A DNA stretch of 64,000 nt, from positions 18,041,360-18,105,359 of the forward strand of contig NC_043019.1 of NCBI RefSeq assembly GCF_006345805.1. Reading direction: 5' to 3'. This DNA is from Octopus sinensis (lineage: Eukaryota). Below, piece by piece: positions 37,867-51,861 of the stretch. Each line of letters opens with the position of its first letter. Position 1 is the stretch's first letter. The position numbers and the translations under genes were made by a program. Under the pieces are notes generated by a model. It saw only the letters and a program-made list of their open reading frames with translations. It was not told the DNA's origin and searched no databases.

Positions 37867-40800
37867 TATCTTCTGAGTTCTGATAAATGATTCCCGAGAC
37901 AAGGAAACATCCAAGAAATGGGTTGGAGAAGGGTAGGGGTGTCATCCAGGTTGTAAGGGAAAGTAACGGGGTGGGGTGGGCGGGTGACATTGTTCTGGAA
38001 ATAAGGCTTTCCTCACATTTGTTTCCCTCATTTCATTGAAGTTGTCTGCACTCCCATCGTGTTCACAAGTGTTTTGGCCAATGTTTTGAGAATGTAATAA
38101 GTCCCCTGTGATGTTTGTTCTGCATCAAGTTACATGCCCTGTTGCCATCAGAAATGGTGTGAGTCCATCATTGCAGACTTGCTGTAAATGGTGCTGCTGT
38201 TCACAGTTGCAAAATGCAGAAATACTCTTCTAAAAATAAGTCTTTTGACTCTGTGGACTGTATTCACCCTTTGCCTGTCCTGTGAAAACACATCTGCTGG
38301 TATTCAGGACATATTTCCTTGGTGTCCATAAATCATACACATTGGCAACATTTTTCAACGTCCAGAGTAGCTGGGGCGGAGAGGGGGAGGGGCCTTGTGA
38401 AAGAAAACTATATTCTTCAGAACATATGAAACAAGGGCTAAGAGCCTGAAATCAAGGATAAACTTAGAGTTAACATTTGATCTGCTTTAATAGGAATCTA
38501 AACCCAGTTTATTTCTCTGCTGCTTCAATTTTTTGCAGAAGAATTCTTTGTCAATACCTGAATTTCTTGTAGTCATCCAGGTCTTTCTTTACCAATTACA
38601 GACTCTCTTTTTCCGTCAAATAATTCCAATATTTCAAGTTTATTATGCCAGGGCATCATCTCTTAGGGTATTCGAAAGATATCCTTTGTCTGCTTCAGTA
38701 CCAGATCCAGAGTAGAGCTTTGTACTCAAAGTAAACAATGATTTCTATCCAATGTATTGAGATAATGTTTCCTTTTAATATACTACTCTTAAATTATGAT
38801 ATGTATTTATATTGTATATATGTGTGTATATAATGATAGGTTATTTCTACTTTAAAACTAAATCTCTGGATATTGTTTCAGTTTGAGGCTGGGTGTTCAT
38901 TGAACCAATTGTTCACAACCACACATAAAAGCATCTCTGAAACCCGAAAGGGGAATCCTGCTTCTTTGGGATCGGTTTTATGATTTAAATCCCTTTCAAG
39001 AAAAAAGAAGACTATATATATATGATCTTCACTTCAACATCTACTTTTCCATGTTTGCGTAGGTCAGGTGGAGTTTGTTGAGGCAAATATTCCACAGCTT
39101 GATGCCTTTTCCTGATTACTTCCAAGCAAGGTGTTATGTCCCCCGTGTCCAGGAAATGTTTTCACGGAAGAATGGCAACCAGCAGCACTGCTTGATGGTG
39201 TGCCTGTTTGTTTACATCCATCATGCAATGTCAAGACTGGGGGAGAGACACACACACACACAAATATGCAAACACCATGCCAGCATGGAAGGTGGACGTT
39301 AAATGATGATCATATATATATACATACATACACACACACACGCACAATGGGCTTCTTTCGGTTTCCATCTGCTGAATCTACTTGAAAGGATTGGGTGTGA
39401 GTTGATGCCATGCAGTGGGACTGAACCTGAATCCTTGAGGTTGGGAAGTGAGATCATCATCATCGTTTAACGTCTGCTTTCCATGCTAGCATGGGTTGGA
39501 CGATTTTGACTGAGGGCTGCACCAGGCTCCAATCTTGATCTGGAATAGGTTCTACAGCTGGATGCCCTTCCTGACGCCAACCACTCCAAGAGTGTAGTGA
39601 GTGCTTTTTACACACACTCACACAATTATATGCCATGCTTATTTTGGGCTGCAGTGCTCTTGGTGAAAAGGAAAGAGGCTGAGAGAGGAACATAGAGTTT
39701 GGTGAAGGAATCTCCTCTCTCTCTCTCATTTTTGATCCATTGCTGCCAACTTGGTTGACTGGATTGCAGTTCTGTAATCTGCTGGTGAGGCTTTGCTGTG
39801 TGTTGCCCCACCCTCGACCCCTGGGCTTTGTTTTTGATCACAGCTACACACACACACACACACACTTTTTTTGCATGTCAATATGTATGTGCATTTATGC
39901 GTACGCATGCACTGGTTTTGTATACATATCTGTTGAATGTAAATCTCTGAGATAAGTTATTGTTGATGTGATTATCAGATCAAGATTAATTAATCTCGTC
40001 GTTGTTTTAGAGATGAAAGAAAAAATGTTTTGTCACTGTCGCCATTGTATAAAATCTCAGAAGACTTCCTACCAAAAATATATGTTCCAACACACACACA
40101 CACACACAATCATAGATACACGTGTCTGCAATTTTAAAATGAACTTTTTTTTTTTCCCTCTCTTTCTCTCATGCTCATTATTTAAATTTTCATCTCTCCT
40201 CCAACTCACATATTCTCTCTCTCTCTCTCCCTCCCCCGACACCGTTCCTGTCTCTGTCTCGCACAATATTACAAGCTTGTTCCCTATTTTCATTTACAGC
40301 AACATCACTGATTCTCCACTCACTTTATACAAAGTAAATGTCTTTTGTTTTATGTCCCTCCACTTTTATGTATGTCTGTGTTATATACAGGCACATAATG
40401 TGTGTATGATTGTATACATACATGTATGTGTGTATAAATGATATATATTGTATATGTATCATGGCAAAAGTGTAGAGAGAATGTGTGTGTGTGTGTGTGT
40501 ATAAATACAGACGCATTGAGACCCGTGGCCAAGTGGTTGAAGTGTTCTGCTTGTAATCGTGTCGAGTTCAATTGTTGGGCCTGGTGACCTGTTGTCCTTG
40601 AGCAACGTTCTCCATTTCCTGTTCTAGCCAGTCAACCAATGCCGGTCTCTCTCCTCAGCTGCCATATTCTCAATATACCACTGGTTCAAAAGGTATGAGA
40701 GTCGAGACTGTCTGTGTCCACCTGTGGCAACATAATATACCTTTAAAAATAGAAGCAGGGTACTTGCTTCCAGGATGCTCTCACACACAAACTCTTTCTA

Positions 40801-42538
40801 TAGCTTTGTCTTTGTGTGTATATATTTAAACAGTTTTTTGTCTTTTCTGTCAAAGACCCTGTATTTTTGTTGTCTTCATTTTAATCCCCAGGTTCCCCCT
40901 CTTCATCCCCCCCCCCCTGCTGCCTCCAGCTGCTTTGACCACCCTCCGCCCCTGGGTTACAGAAACAAGCAGAAAAAAAGGAAGGCAGGAAAGAAAGGAA
41001 TATTCTGTTGGATTTTAAAATAAACTTTGTTCACACTTCCACATTTTTTGTCTTCTTTGGAACTTTTTTTTTTCTTCTTTTTCCTCCTTATTTTCTCATT
41101 GGACAGTGGCCATGCTGGGAGTAGGGGTCATGCAGATTGATGACCCCTACCTGCCCCATCAGTACTTTTTTGTACTGCTAAGTTTCAGGGTTGTAAACAA
41201 ACCAACATCAGATATGAAATGGTGGTGGTGGTGGTGGGTGAGGGGAGCAATTATTGGATGATGTCATGTTAGGAAAGTCTACATTAAAAAAACTCAAAGG
41301 ATAGATGAAGGGCATCCAGCTGCAGAAACCCTGTCAAAACAGACATGGAGCCTGGTCATCTGTCCAACCCAATGATATGGCAGGCTTCCGCATAGTTTCC
41401 ATCTCCCAAATTCATTCACAAGGCACTGATCTGCTGGAGTTGTTGCAGAAGACACCCGAAATGCCATGCGGTGGGACTGAACCTGACACCACATGGTTGC
41501 AAAGTGACCTTAATCACTCAACCATGACTCCAGGATTTTCTTTTCTTTCAGGTGAAGGCACATGGCCCCATATTTAGGGTATTGCACTCACAAACTGGGC
41601 ACTACATTGTCTTTTTGAGTAAGATGCTTCATTTCATGTCATTTCAATCTACTCAGCCATAGAAGATGTTCCCACAATGGCTGGGAAATTAACCTTGTGA
41701 AGGACTGGCTTCCCATCCAGGAAATATGTGTCCTAAACACAGATCATCTAAAAAGTGGAGATGTTATTCGATGGTGAAAAGCAGCAGTGATCGGATCTTT
41801 CAGAACATCTTGAGAATAGATGGATCCATTATGGTTCAGATTCTTTCCCCATGCATTTTTATTGGTTGGGTTTCATTTACTGGATCAGGACTGACTTAGG
41901 ACAAAACAACAGAAATATATTGGTCGGAGTCATCCTACTTAAACTGGATGGTCATGGTTGGAAGATCTTCAGTCATGGAATGAAACAAGCAAAAGAAGGA
42001 GTGAAAGTACATTGGATTATGTCATCCTTGATACACTATGCCTAAAAAGAATAATAAAAGTCACTTGATTATGGGTTTGCTTGGAGAAAAGCATCAGAAA
42101 AAAGTCCCGTTGATTCCGACCAGGGAAATGGGAGACCCCAACCCACCCGAATCCCTCTTCTCACACCTGCCTCTTTACCTTTACTATGAGTAAATCATCC
42201 GTGTAATTTGATAACAGGTTAGGGTTGGGGCTCATATGAACAGATCTAATTACCGAATCCTTTGAAACACACACACTCCCTTTTTGCAGAAGTATCTGTG
42301 TAGGTTGGAGTCAGGCCAACCAGGTGTGGTGGAAGTGGAAGGAGTTCATCTCCCTCTAATCAGAGATAATCTCAGAGCTCCATGGTAACACCTGGTTGAT
42401 ATCCTTAATGATGAAGCTACACACGCGCACTTGACTGCTGATGAGGATGGAGAGCTGCAAGCACACACGTTACACGTATTCCTAAAAGCACCGGCAGCTC
42501 ATATATACATGCATACATAGACATTATATTTATATATA

Positions 42539-42920
42539 GGTGCAGGAGTGGCTGTGTGGTAAGTAGCTTGCTAACCAACCACATGGTTCCGGGTTCAGTC
42601 CTATTGCGTGGCATCTTGGGCAAGTGTCTTCTGCTATAGCGCCGGGCCAACCAATGCCTTGTGAGTGGATTTGGTAGATGGAAACTGAAAGAAGCCTGTC
42701 GTATATATATATATGTATGTGTGTGTGTTTGTTCCCCTAGCATTGCTTGACAACCGATGCTGGTGTTTTTACGTCCCCGCCACTTAGCGGTTCAGCAAAA
42801 GAGACCGATAGAATAAGTACTGGGCTTACAAAAGGAATAAGTCCCGGGGTCGAGTTGCTCAACTAAAGGCGGTGCTCCAGCATGGCCGCAGTCAAATGAC
42901 TGAAACAAGTAAAAGAGTAT
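42539..42920 (+). mobile_element. Second full-length copy of the same SINE
   Basis: Near-identical to 9629-10050 apart from microsatellite length. Partial copies at ~6625, 12660-13260, 25790, 47340 and 52200. Confidence 0.85.
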
Positions 42921-43013
42921 ATATATATATACAACGACTATATATTTTATGCCAGCCCCCACCCAACACAAAAGATAGACGTTAAATGATGATGAATATA
43001 TGTCTAATGTATA

Positions 43014-43055
<42 letters not shown>

Positions 43056-44395
43056 ACACGAGTGTGCTATGTTGAGAGTCCACCCAGGGGTAGCTCCTCA
43101 GCCCTCTTCTACAATGTGACTAGCCTGAGGTACCTTCTTGCATTCTGCATGGAAACCTCACAAGTGTTACGACCTTTGCCCTTTCGTCCTTTCAGGGTCA
43201 AAGTTCACTTGCCCTCCCCCAGAATTCCAGGCTTTGTGCCTTCAGTAGATATTATTATTATTATTATTTATAAACTGAAGCTTCTTGTATACAAGCATTG
43301 TGTACAGTAAACTCGTTATTACTATTATAACTCCTAAGAAGCTTCCTGTTGCTAATTGCTCCAATTATTCATTTGACGATTCTCATCAACAACAGCTTCA
43401 GATTCCAACGAAATTCACAAACTCTAAGTTTATTCTTCAAATGTAAAAACAAACATTTACCAATTCATACACACTCTTTCTCTCTCTCACACACACACAT
43501 TCATATGGAGACAGAGAGAAAGAAAGAAACAGATTGATATATATATATATATATATAGGTCTATTTATAAACATGTTTATATAGATATAAATATATGTGT
43601 GTGTATATATATATACGGTGTGAAGAGTTTTGCTGCCCATCCACATGGTTCCAGGTTCAGTCCTATTACACAGCATCTAAGGCGAGTGTCTTCTCTCAAA
43701 AACCTCAGACTAACCAAAATGCTTATGACTGGATTTAGTCCATGGAAGATGTTTGTTGTACAAGAATATATGTCTGAATGTTTGTGTACATACACACATG
43801 TTATGTGTGTGTGTGTGTATATATATATACACATAAAACAAGAATTGGAATTCAAAGAATGAAACCAAACTCACACTAAGCTCTTTGCTGAGTTTACAAC
43901 TTTCAAGAAGAGTGGAGTTGAGTTTAATTCATGTAATTAAATGTCTCCATCGTTGAGAAAATCCAGGAATCACAATGGTCAAGGAAGTAAATAATAATAT
44001 TTCTAATTTCCGAGAATTCACAGATAAAATATATTTTATCTTTCAAATCTCTGAAATTTGATAATTAATTAATTATATACTGATGATTAATTGTTTATAT
44101 CTATACACACACACACTTTGAACTCCGAATGTAAAGACCGATAAAATATTGCTAAGCATTTTCTGAGGATTATCATTCAGCCAGTTTGCTGCCCCTTGTC
44201 ATCTTCTATTAAAAACAATTTAGCATTAATCTAGAGAATTATTCAATGCTCCCCCCCACCAGCCCTTGGGGGGGGCTGAGTACGTATTATTTGATACATA
44301 CTCTAAGATAAAGAAGGGTGACAGTGACTTCGAAATTTCATCAGGCAATCAAACCCAAAACTTCAAAGTCATCATAATACCATTTTTGGTTTCAA

Positions 44396-44785
44396 GGCAG
44401 AAGGTGTTCTTCCATCAGGATAATGCTCAGCCACATACAGCAAGGATGAGATTCCAAAGGCTGGAGCAGTTTGAATGGGAAACGATGCCCCACCCACCAT
44501 ATTTGCCAGACATTGCCCCATCTGATTAGCATTTATTCCGCAGTCTTCAAAATCATTTGGACAGAAAGAATATGAATTCTGTAGACGAGGTCAGAACAGT
44601 ACTGGAGGAGTATTTTTAATCACGGACAAGTGAATTTTGGAAGAGGGGCCTTGTAAGTCTACCAGAGAGATGGAAGAGCATTGCAGAAAATGAAGGAGAG
44701 AATATTTTAGATTAAAAAAGAACTTTATCTTAATTTTGAAAAATAGAAGTATAGAAAAAACACATTATTTGTGGAATGACCCACT
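44396..44785 (+). mobile_element. 3' fragment of a mariner transposon
   Basis: FHQDNAQPH...PHPPYLPDIAPSD*HLFRSLQN, followed by a right TIR-like TGGAATGACC. Confidence 0.85.
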
Positions 44786-44889
44786 ATATGTGTATATATA
44801 TATATATATAATCCTCATGAATGGATGAAACTGCTAAATAAAGAATTATCCAAAATTCTGACTGCCTCCTCTTTCTTCATATATGTATG

Positions 44890-45238
44890 GTGAAGGCAGA
44901 TGACTCAGAGGTTAGAGCCTCAGGCTCGCAATCACAAGGTTGTGAGTTCAGTTCCTAGACTGGGCTGCGTGTTGTGTTCTTGAGTAAGACACTTTATTTC
45001 ACGTTGCTCCAGTTCACTTAGCTGTAGAAATGAGTTGTGAAATCACTGGTGCCAAGCTGTATCGGCCTTTGTCTTTCCCTTGGACAACATCAGTGGCATG
45101 GGGAGGGGAGGCGAGGCTGGTATGCATGGACGATTGCTGGTTTTCCACAAACAACATTGCCCTGACATGTGCCTCAGAGGGGAACTTTCTAGGTACAATC
45201 CCAAGGTCCTTCATGACCAAAGGGGGTCTTTACTCTTT
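44890..45238 (+). mobile_element. SINE family 3
   Basis: tRNA-like head followed by GTGTTGTGTTCTTGAGTAAGACACTTTATTTCAC. Partial relatives at ~27280 and ~40525. Confidence 0.7.
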
Positions 45239-46348
45239 ACCCTATATATATTTACACACACACACACACATAGAGGTAGCTAGACAGACAGACAGACAGC
45301 TGAATACTTCTCTAATACATATTGAGAAAGGGTGTAACAAGTGATGGTACAAGTTGTTGTGATTGTAATAGTAGAGGTGGCAGCTGTAGTACTGACCTCG
45401 GTAACTGTGGTGGGTTTGGTTTGTCATCATCATCGTCATCATCATCGTCATCACCATTTCACCCTCATCAGTGTGGTATCAATCAGTCTTTGTTGAAGAA
45501 AATAATGGGAAAGAAGAAAAATAAAGGATGCAGAAAGAATGTAACTGGATGGATGGTGGTGGGTGGTGGTGGGTGAATTGTCAGTGTTTTCCTTCCTCGC
45601 CACCCCACCCCCCCATTCGTCTTGCACCTCCCCCACCGGAAGCCCCACTCTGGTCGATACTTAACACATTCAGCCACAAGTAGTTTATCAGCAGACTGTA
45701 ACAGGAGTTCAGAGTAGCTCTGTGCATTACGGATGTATATGTATATCACACACACACACACGCACCCACACGCATGCATGCACACACACACACACATGCA
45801 CCCACACGCATGCATGCACACACACACACACACTCAAAGACATGCAACACACATTTCTAAAAATGCAAAATATATTTTGAAGGCTGATCTCAAAACCTTA
45901 CAAAGGAGATGACAGAGGACGGAGATATGTGGTACTTGAGAAGACCTGACCACCACAACAGAATTGAGATCCTAAAACCAAGGTGCCATGTGAAAAATAT
46001 TGGTGTGGGTGCCACATAAAAAGCACAGGTGATGGTGCCATGTAAAAAGCACCCAGTACACTCTGTGGAGTGGCTGACATTAAGAAGGGCATCCAGCCAT
46101 AAAAACCAAGCCAAAACAGACTATATGGGACCCAGTGTGTCCCCTGGCCTTTACCAGTTCCTGTTAATCTGTCCAACCCATGCCAACATGGAAAACGGAT
46201 GTTAAATGATGATGATGATGATGATAGACATAATGTATATGCATTTGTGTGTGACAATGATGATAACAGCTGTCCACTTATAACCAAAGAAAACCTGTAC
46301 AAAATGTCAGCAATTTTCATGCATGAGGTTATTACATCTATGGTCAGC

Positions 46349-46763
46349 CTCACCTGGGTTTGCACCTGTGGATTCCTTGCTCCCTATGGCACCTGGGTTT
46401 GGACCTGTGACTTCCATGCTCCCTACAGCACCTTGGTTTGCATCTATGACTACCATGCACTGTATGGCACTTGGGTTTGAGCCTGTGGATTTCATGTTCC
46501 CTATGGCACCTGGGTTTGCACCTGTGGATTCCATGCTCCCTATGGCACCTGGGTTTGCACCTATGACTTCCATGCTCCCTACAGCACTTTGGTTTGCACC
46601 TATGACTTGGGTTTGAGCCTGTGGATTCCATGCTCCCTATGGCACCTAGGTTTGCACCTGTGACTTCCATGTTCCCTATGGCACCTGAGTTTGCACCTGT
46701 GGATTCCATGCTCCCTATGGCACATGGGTTTGCACCTGTGGCTTCCATGCTCCCTACAGCACC
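46349..46763. repeat. 39-bp minisatellite, ~11 units
   Basis: Consensus GGCACCTGGGTTTGCACCTGTGGATTCCATGCTCCCTAT. Units start at 46349, 46388, 46427, 46466, 46505, 46544, 46583, (46608), 46641, 46680 and 46719. Confidence 0.95.
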
Positions 46764-47702
46764 CTTCTACTTGGCCAGCCATCAGAAAGTCACTTCACTA
46801 GTGATTGCACAACCTGAAGTTTTTGGTCTAATAAAGCTTGTACAGTACCTCACACACCTTCACCCTACTGACATGATCCAGGGACAAACCAAGGAAAGAT
46901 ACCCAGTGCCAACATGGGTTGCAGTCTCAGGAATGTGGGAGCATCATGATCTCCAGCCTAAGCAAAAGAACCCCAAAATGTGCCATGTCATCCCCTGCAT
47001 ATCAGGTTTTATATCAGAGCAATCATCTTCTAGAGACATGCTTTAACAAAAACTGAGGTGTACCCACACCCTGTAGTCTTCCAGCATGCCAGACACCAAC
47101 CTGGAATTTCTGAGGGCCCACGCTATTCCTAGAAAGTCATTGAACTTACACTGGGTTCATCTCAGCTTTTGACAGGATTTGTTTTTAGTTCAGCTGAGTT
47201 TCTCGCAACCCTTTTCCGCAGTTCACCAGGCAAGCCTAGTCGGGGTGCTGGTTGACCATGCAACAGGTTGTGCTGGATTCCATGTTGCTAGTAGCACACA
47301 TGAGACAATTCACAAGGGACCTGACACAATATATACACACTTATATGGCTGTGTGGTTGCTTGCTTGCTTCCCAACCACATGGTTCCATGTTCAGTCCCA
47401 CAGTGTGACACATTGGGAAAGTGTCTTCTACTATAGCCTCAGGCCGACCAAAGCCTTGTAACTGGATTTGGTAGACAGAAACCAAAAGAAGCCCATTGTG
47501 TGTGTTTGTGTTTGTCCTTCCCACGGTTGCTTGACAACCATTATTGGTGTGTTTACATACCCGTAACTTAACAGTTCGGCAAAGAGGCTGACAAAATAAG
47601 TGCTAGGCTTACAAAGAATAAGTCCTGGTATGTATGTATATATATATACAGAGATGTACTTGCATAGCGAGTGACCTGATCTGAGATTGTGTGCTGGAAC
47701 GA

Positions 47703-47987
47703 AAACAATTGCCGCATGGAAGGTGTTTATAAGCCATTTAAGAAACATACAGAAGCCGTTAGATTCACTTCAACATTTAAGTTTAATTTGTCAAAATATT
47801 TTCGTCGCTTTAAGACCGCGACCTGTTCACTGACAAAACTTTGTGTTGCACGAAGTTTTGTCAGTGAACAGGTCGCGGTCTTAAAGCGACGAAAATATTT
47901 TGACAAATTAAACTTAAATGTTGAAGTGAATCTAACGGCTTCTGTATGTTTCTTAAATGGCTTATAAACACCTTCCATGCGGCAATT

Positions 47988-47991
<4 letters not shown>
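47703..47991. repeat. Near-perfect 289-bp palindrome
   Basis: 47703-47841 is the exact reverse complement of 47853-47991. The ORF track shows the same peptide on both strands. Confidence 0.97.
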
Positions 47992-48034
<43 letters not shown>

Positions 48035-48883
48035 CACACACGCTCTTTCCCTCTCTCTCTCTCACACACACACACATGTATACAGTGTATATATTCTTCA
48101 ATAAGCCCAGCATCTGACACCATTTCAACATATGGCATTTATCTGTGTCTACTGCAACCAGTGTTCCAGTTTGGTCGGTTGTAATATTTACCAGTAGCAC
48201 ACCCTGTTTCTGTAGCAAGACGAGGGTTTTGGCGCTAAAGTCTCTCATGTAGAATGGGTTGCAGCTGTTGAACAACTGACTGGAGGTTCTATATCAACAC
48301 CAACAACTATTGGAAGTGGTCATCCAATTTCCTAGAAATAGCAGCCATGTTCTTTTTCAATCATGCACAACAGTGTTAGAAAATTAAGGACATGTTGAAC
48401 AATTCAGCTGTGAATATAGAAACAGATATGATGGTCATGGCTAGAACAGCTTCAATCATTAGTCTGTGCAGTCAGGGATGAATTGGGACTAAACAACAAC
48501 AACAACAACAACGGTAAAAGTACAATTACAACCACAACCACAAATAACAAAATACATCACCTCTACTACCACTACTACCATCGCCACCACCGCACCCACC
48601 ACCACCTTATGAATTAACATAATACACCATAAACCATTGGAATTCAGTAATTCTATATAGATAGTCTCTAATGTTTCTGGTTTTGCTGTGAAACAATTTT
48701 GGAGGGAAAACACTGTGTGTGTGTGTGTGTGTGTGTGGTATGGATCTCATTAAGTTTGGTAATGTTAGAAACACACTTGTTTTTCTCTCAAGAGGCAAAC
48801 CCAGAACTTTTGAGGGGAAGAGGCTCAGCAATAGATTTAACCCTCAGTTCTTGACTGGTACTACTACTACTACTACTACTACT

Positions 48884-48934
<51 letters not shown>

Positions 48935-48936
<2 letters not shown>

Positions 48937-49492
48937 TGCCCTGGTGCAGTACCAGGCAGTGGCTCTCATGGCTTCTGATCTTAACTGATTGGAAGTGTTA
49001 TCATGTCCATTGTTTTGTCTTGGTATAAAAGATGGGCTACAGCAAATATTCTGCTCAACACCACCGATTTGCTTGTCAGTTGTTTGACCTTAACCAGTTG
49101 AATGTGTCCCTTAGTGGCTGACGATATGTACATCTCTGATCACAAGCAGAAGTAGTGGGGGAGCATCATAACCATGTGTTGAGAGGGATTCTTTGGGGTT
49201 TGGATAATTCACCTTTGGAAACATGGGTGGTTCATTCAACATCCTTAAACAACCCTTATTCAGGAACCTTTTGAGCAGGATGGGTTACTCGACCAGAAGA
49301 AAATTCTAACTGGGCCCCACCTGCAAGGTCATGTGCTGTTTATCTTGATATGAGATCACCATGTCACGCACATATTGCTGTGATGCATGTGCCAGGTGTA
49401 CCCTTATCAGACGGGTAGTCATGATGGGTATATTGGGTTTCGTATATTTGTACCCCAGTGTCACTTTGATGGCATGCACTGCTCTCTCACTC
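48935..49492 (-). mobile_element. ~560-bp non-coding interspersed element flanked on both sides by (AAT)n
   Basis: Sharp composition change. (AAT)n abuts both ends. No TIRs and no coding capacity seen. Confidence 0.55.
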
Positions 49493-50037
49493 AATAATAA
49501 TGATAATAATAATAATAATAATAATGTATATGTGCATGAGTGTATGTATATATGCATATATATATATATATATATGTATACACACATACACACGCATACA
49601 CATATATATATATGTATGTGTGTGTGTGTGTTTGTGTGCTAGTGTGTGTGTGTGTGTGTGTGAATATAATGTTATATGACTATTTACTCAGCAACTCACA
49701 GCTGGTGTTGGGTGCAGAAACAAATGTTGTGATCTGCAGTGAAAGCCTCATATCCTCCATCCTTCTCTTACATTATTCTGGTATAGATTTCTTTTATTCT
49801 TTTACTCTTTTACTTGTTTCAGTCATTTGACTGTGGCCAACTTTCAGGTGTTTTAACACCTGGTGCTTTGAGAGAGTCTTCTTCTCCACTGCACAGCCTC
49901 CTCACAAACACACAGAGCAGAGCTGTGAGTTATTGGTGGTGTTTATATACATATCATTCAGCTTGCTGGTTCTTCTACGAAGTTGTTTTGGGGGATTTGG
50001 GGCCATAGCCCTCTCTGAAGAGAGCCATCAATGTCTC

Positions 50038-50039
<2 letters not shown>

Positions 50040-50112
<73 letters not shown>
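50040..50112. repeat. (GT)n microsatellite (one of dozens of TA/CA/ATT/CAT tracts)
   Basis: Directly visible. Confidence 0.95.
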
Positions 50113-50117
<5 letters not shown>

Positions 50118-50532
50118 TGTGTGTGCATATGTGTGTGCGTGCTTCTATCATGCAATATTCACAATACATCATCTGATGTTTTAAATTAGGCAATTAATAT
50201 ATGATGACAATTATCAAATTTACTAATTGCCAAACTTGTACTCAGACAGTCTACCGTAGTTTGGAATTTACATACATACATATATTTATAAGTGTGAGAG
50301 AGAGAGAGAGAGAGAGTATTAATTAGTTATGTTGGATGGTATGTTGCATTTCCACCTCAAAACGATTTACTGCCAGACAGACCCTATTCACTCCTCCACA
50401 AAACATATTTTAAGGCAGAACCAATAGCATGCTGGACAAAATGCTTTGCCGTATGTAGTCCTTCTTTATGTTCTGAGTTCAAATTCTGCCATGGTCAGCT
50501 TTGCCTGTCATCCTTCAGGGTCGATGAAATAA

Positions 50533-50883
50533 GTACCAGTCAAGTTCTGGGGTTGCTGGAACTGACTTGGCCCCTCCCTTCAAATTATGCTTATTGTAGA
50601 AAGGACATGTTTCAATCATTATTATACAGATGACAGACGTAAAACCCCTGATCCCTGGACACAACATGCAATATTTTTGTGGGCAGTGTTGGCAAAAATC
50701 TAGCGACAACCCCTGTAATATGGCCAACACTGCCCACAAAAATATTGCATGTTGTGTCCAGGGATCAGGGGTTTTACGTCTGTCATCTGTATAATAATGA
50801 TTGAAACATGTCCTTTCTACAATAAGCATAATTTGAAGGGAGGGGCCAAGTCAGTTCCAGCAACCCCAGAACTTGACTGGTAC
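50533..50883. repeat. Perfect 161-bp inverted duplication with a 29-bp spacer
   Basis: 50533-50693 is the exact reverse complement of 50723-50883. Confidence 0.97.
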
Positions 50884-51813
50884 CCCATTGAAACAATACC
50901 CAGTTAACTCCCCAGTTGATCTACAAACATTCTAGGAACCAGTGAGCCCAAACACTTGCTTGGCAGAAGTTCTTCTGACGAAGATCTCTCCCGCCCTCCG
51001 CCTGCCTTGCACTGAGTTTCTACTTAACCAAGTTGGTCTCACTGGGAATAAGTGGATGGTTTGTGTGTGTGTGGGAGTGAGTCTGTGTACTTGGGTGTAT
51101 GAATGAATTTGTTTGTATGTATATGTGTGCATGTATATATGTGTCTGTATATATTTGTGAATGTGTGAGTTTGTGTACATGGAGGTATTAATGTGTATGT
51201 ATGCATATGTGAGTGTGTGTGTGTGTTTATGTGTGTCTTTGTGCATACAAGTGCATGCGTGGGCGTGAGTTACTGTGCATGTGAGTGTTGTTGCTGTTGT
51301 TGTTGCTGTTTTTCTTGTTTCAGTCTTCTTGTTGAAAACAAACAATTAACAGCCTATTAATAAACACAACCCATCAACTGAAGTGGGTCGACTCAACGAG
51401 GAAGGCAGGCTCTAGGTGGTCGCTCGACCTGCTAGAAATAACAGTCACATCGCCCGGATAAAAATTATGCATTTTGCCAAGTTAAATAGGAAAAGGACAT
51501 GTTGAATACTACAGCCCTACACGTATTTAAAAAAAGACATGATGGTCACAACTGGAATGCCTTTGATAACAGTTCTGCTCAGTCAGGATTGATTTTGGGC
51601 CACCCAACTATCTCCACTTCCACCAACAACATCAACAACAACAACAAATGAAGTGGGTCTCTTCAAATAATAAAGCAGAAAGAGGGGGCATTAATGAATG
51701 CTGCCCCCTCACATAGAAAAATTACATCAACAACTGAGTAATAATCCGCCGAAACTACACCTGATTATATATACACTTTAGATGAGTTGTAGTGCACCTG
51801 AGCACTGTACACA

Positions 51814-51861
<48 letters not shown>

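Noticed and set aside
46349-46763. CRISPR-like array
   Set aside because: Units are contiguous with no unique spacers, and the context is eukaryotic.
48935-49492. HDV-like ribozyme at the element's 5' end
   Set aside because: The candidate P2 strands are separated by too few nucleotides to hold P3, P1 and P4.
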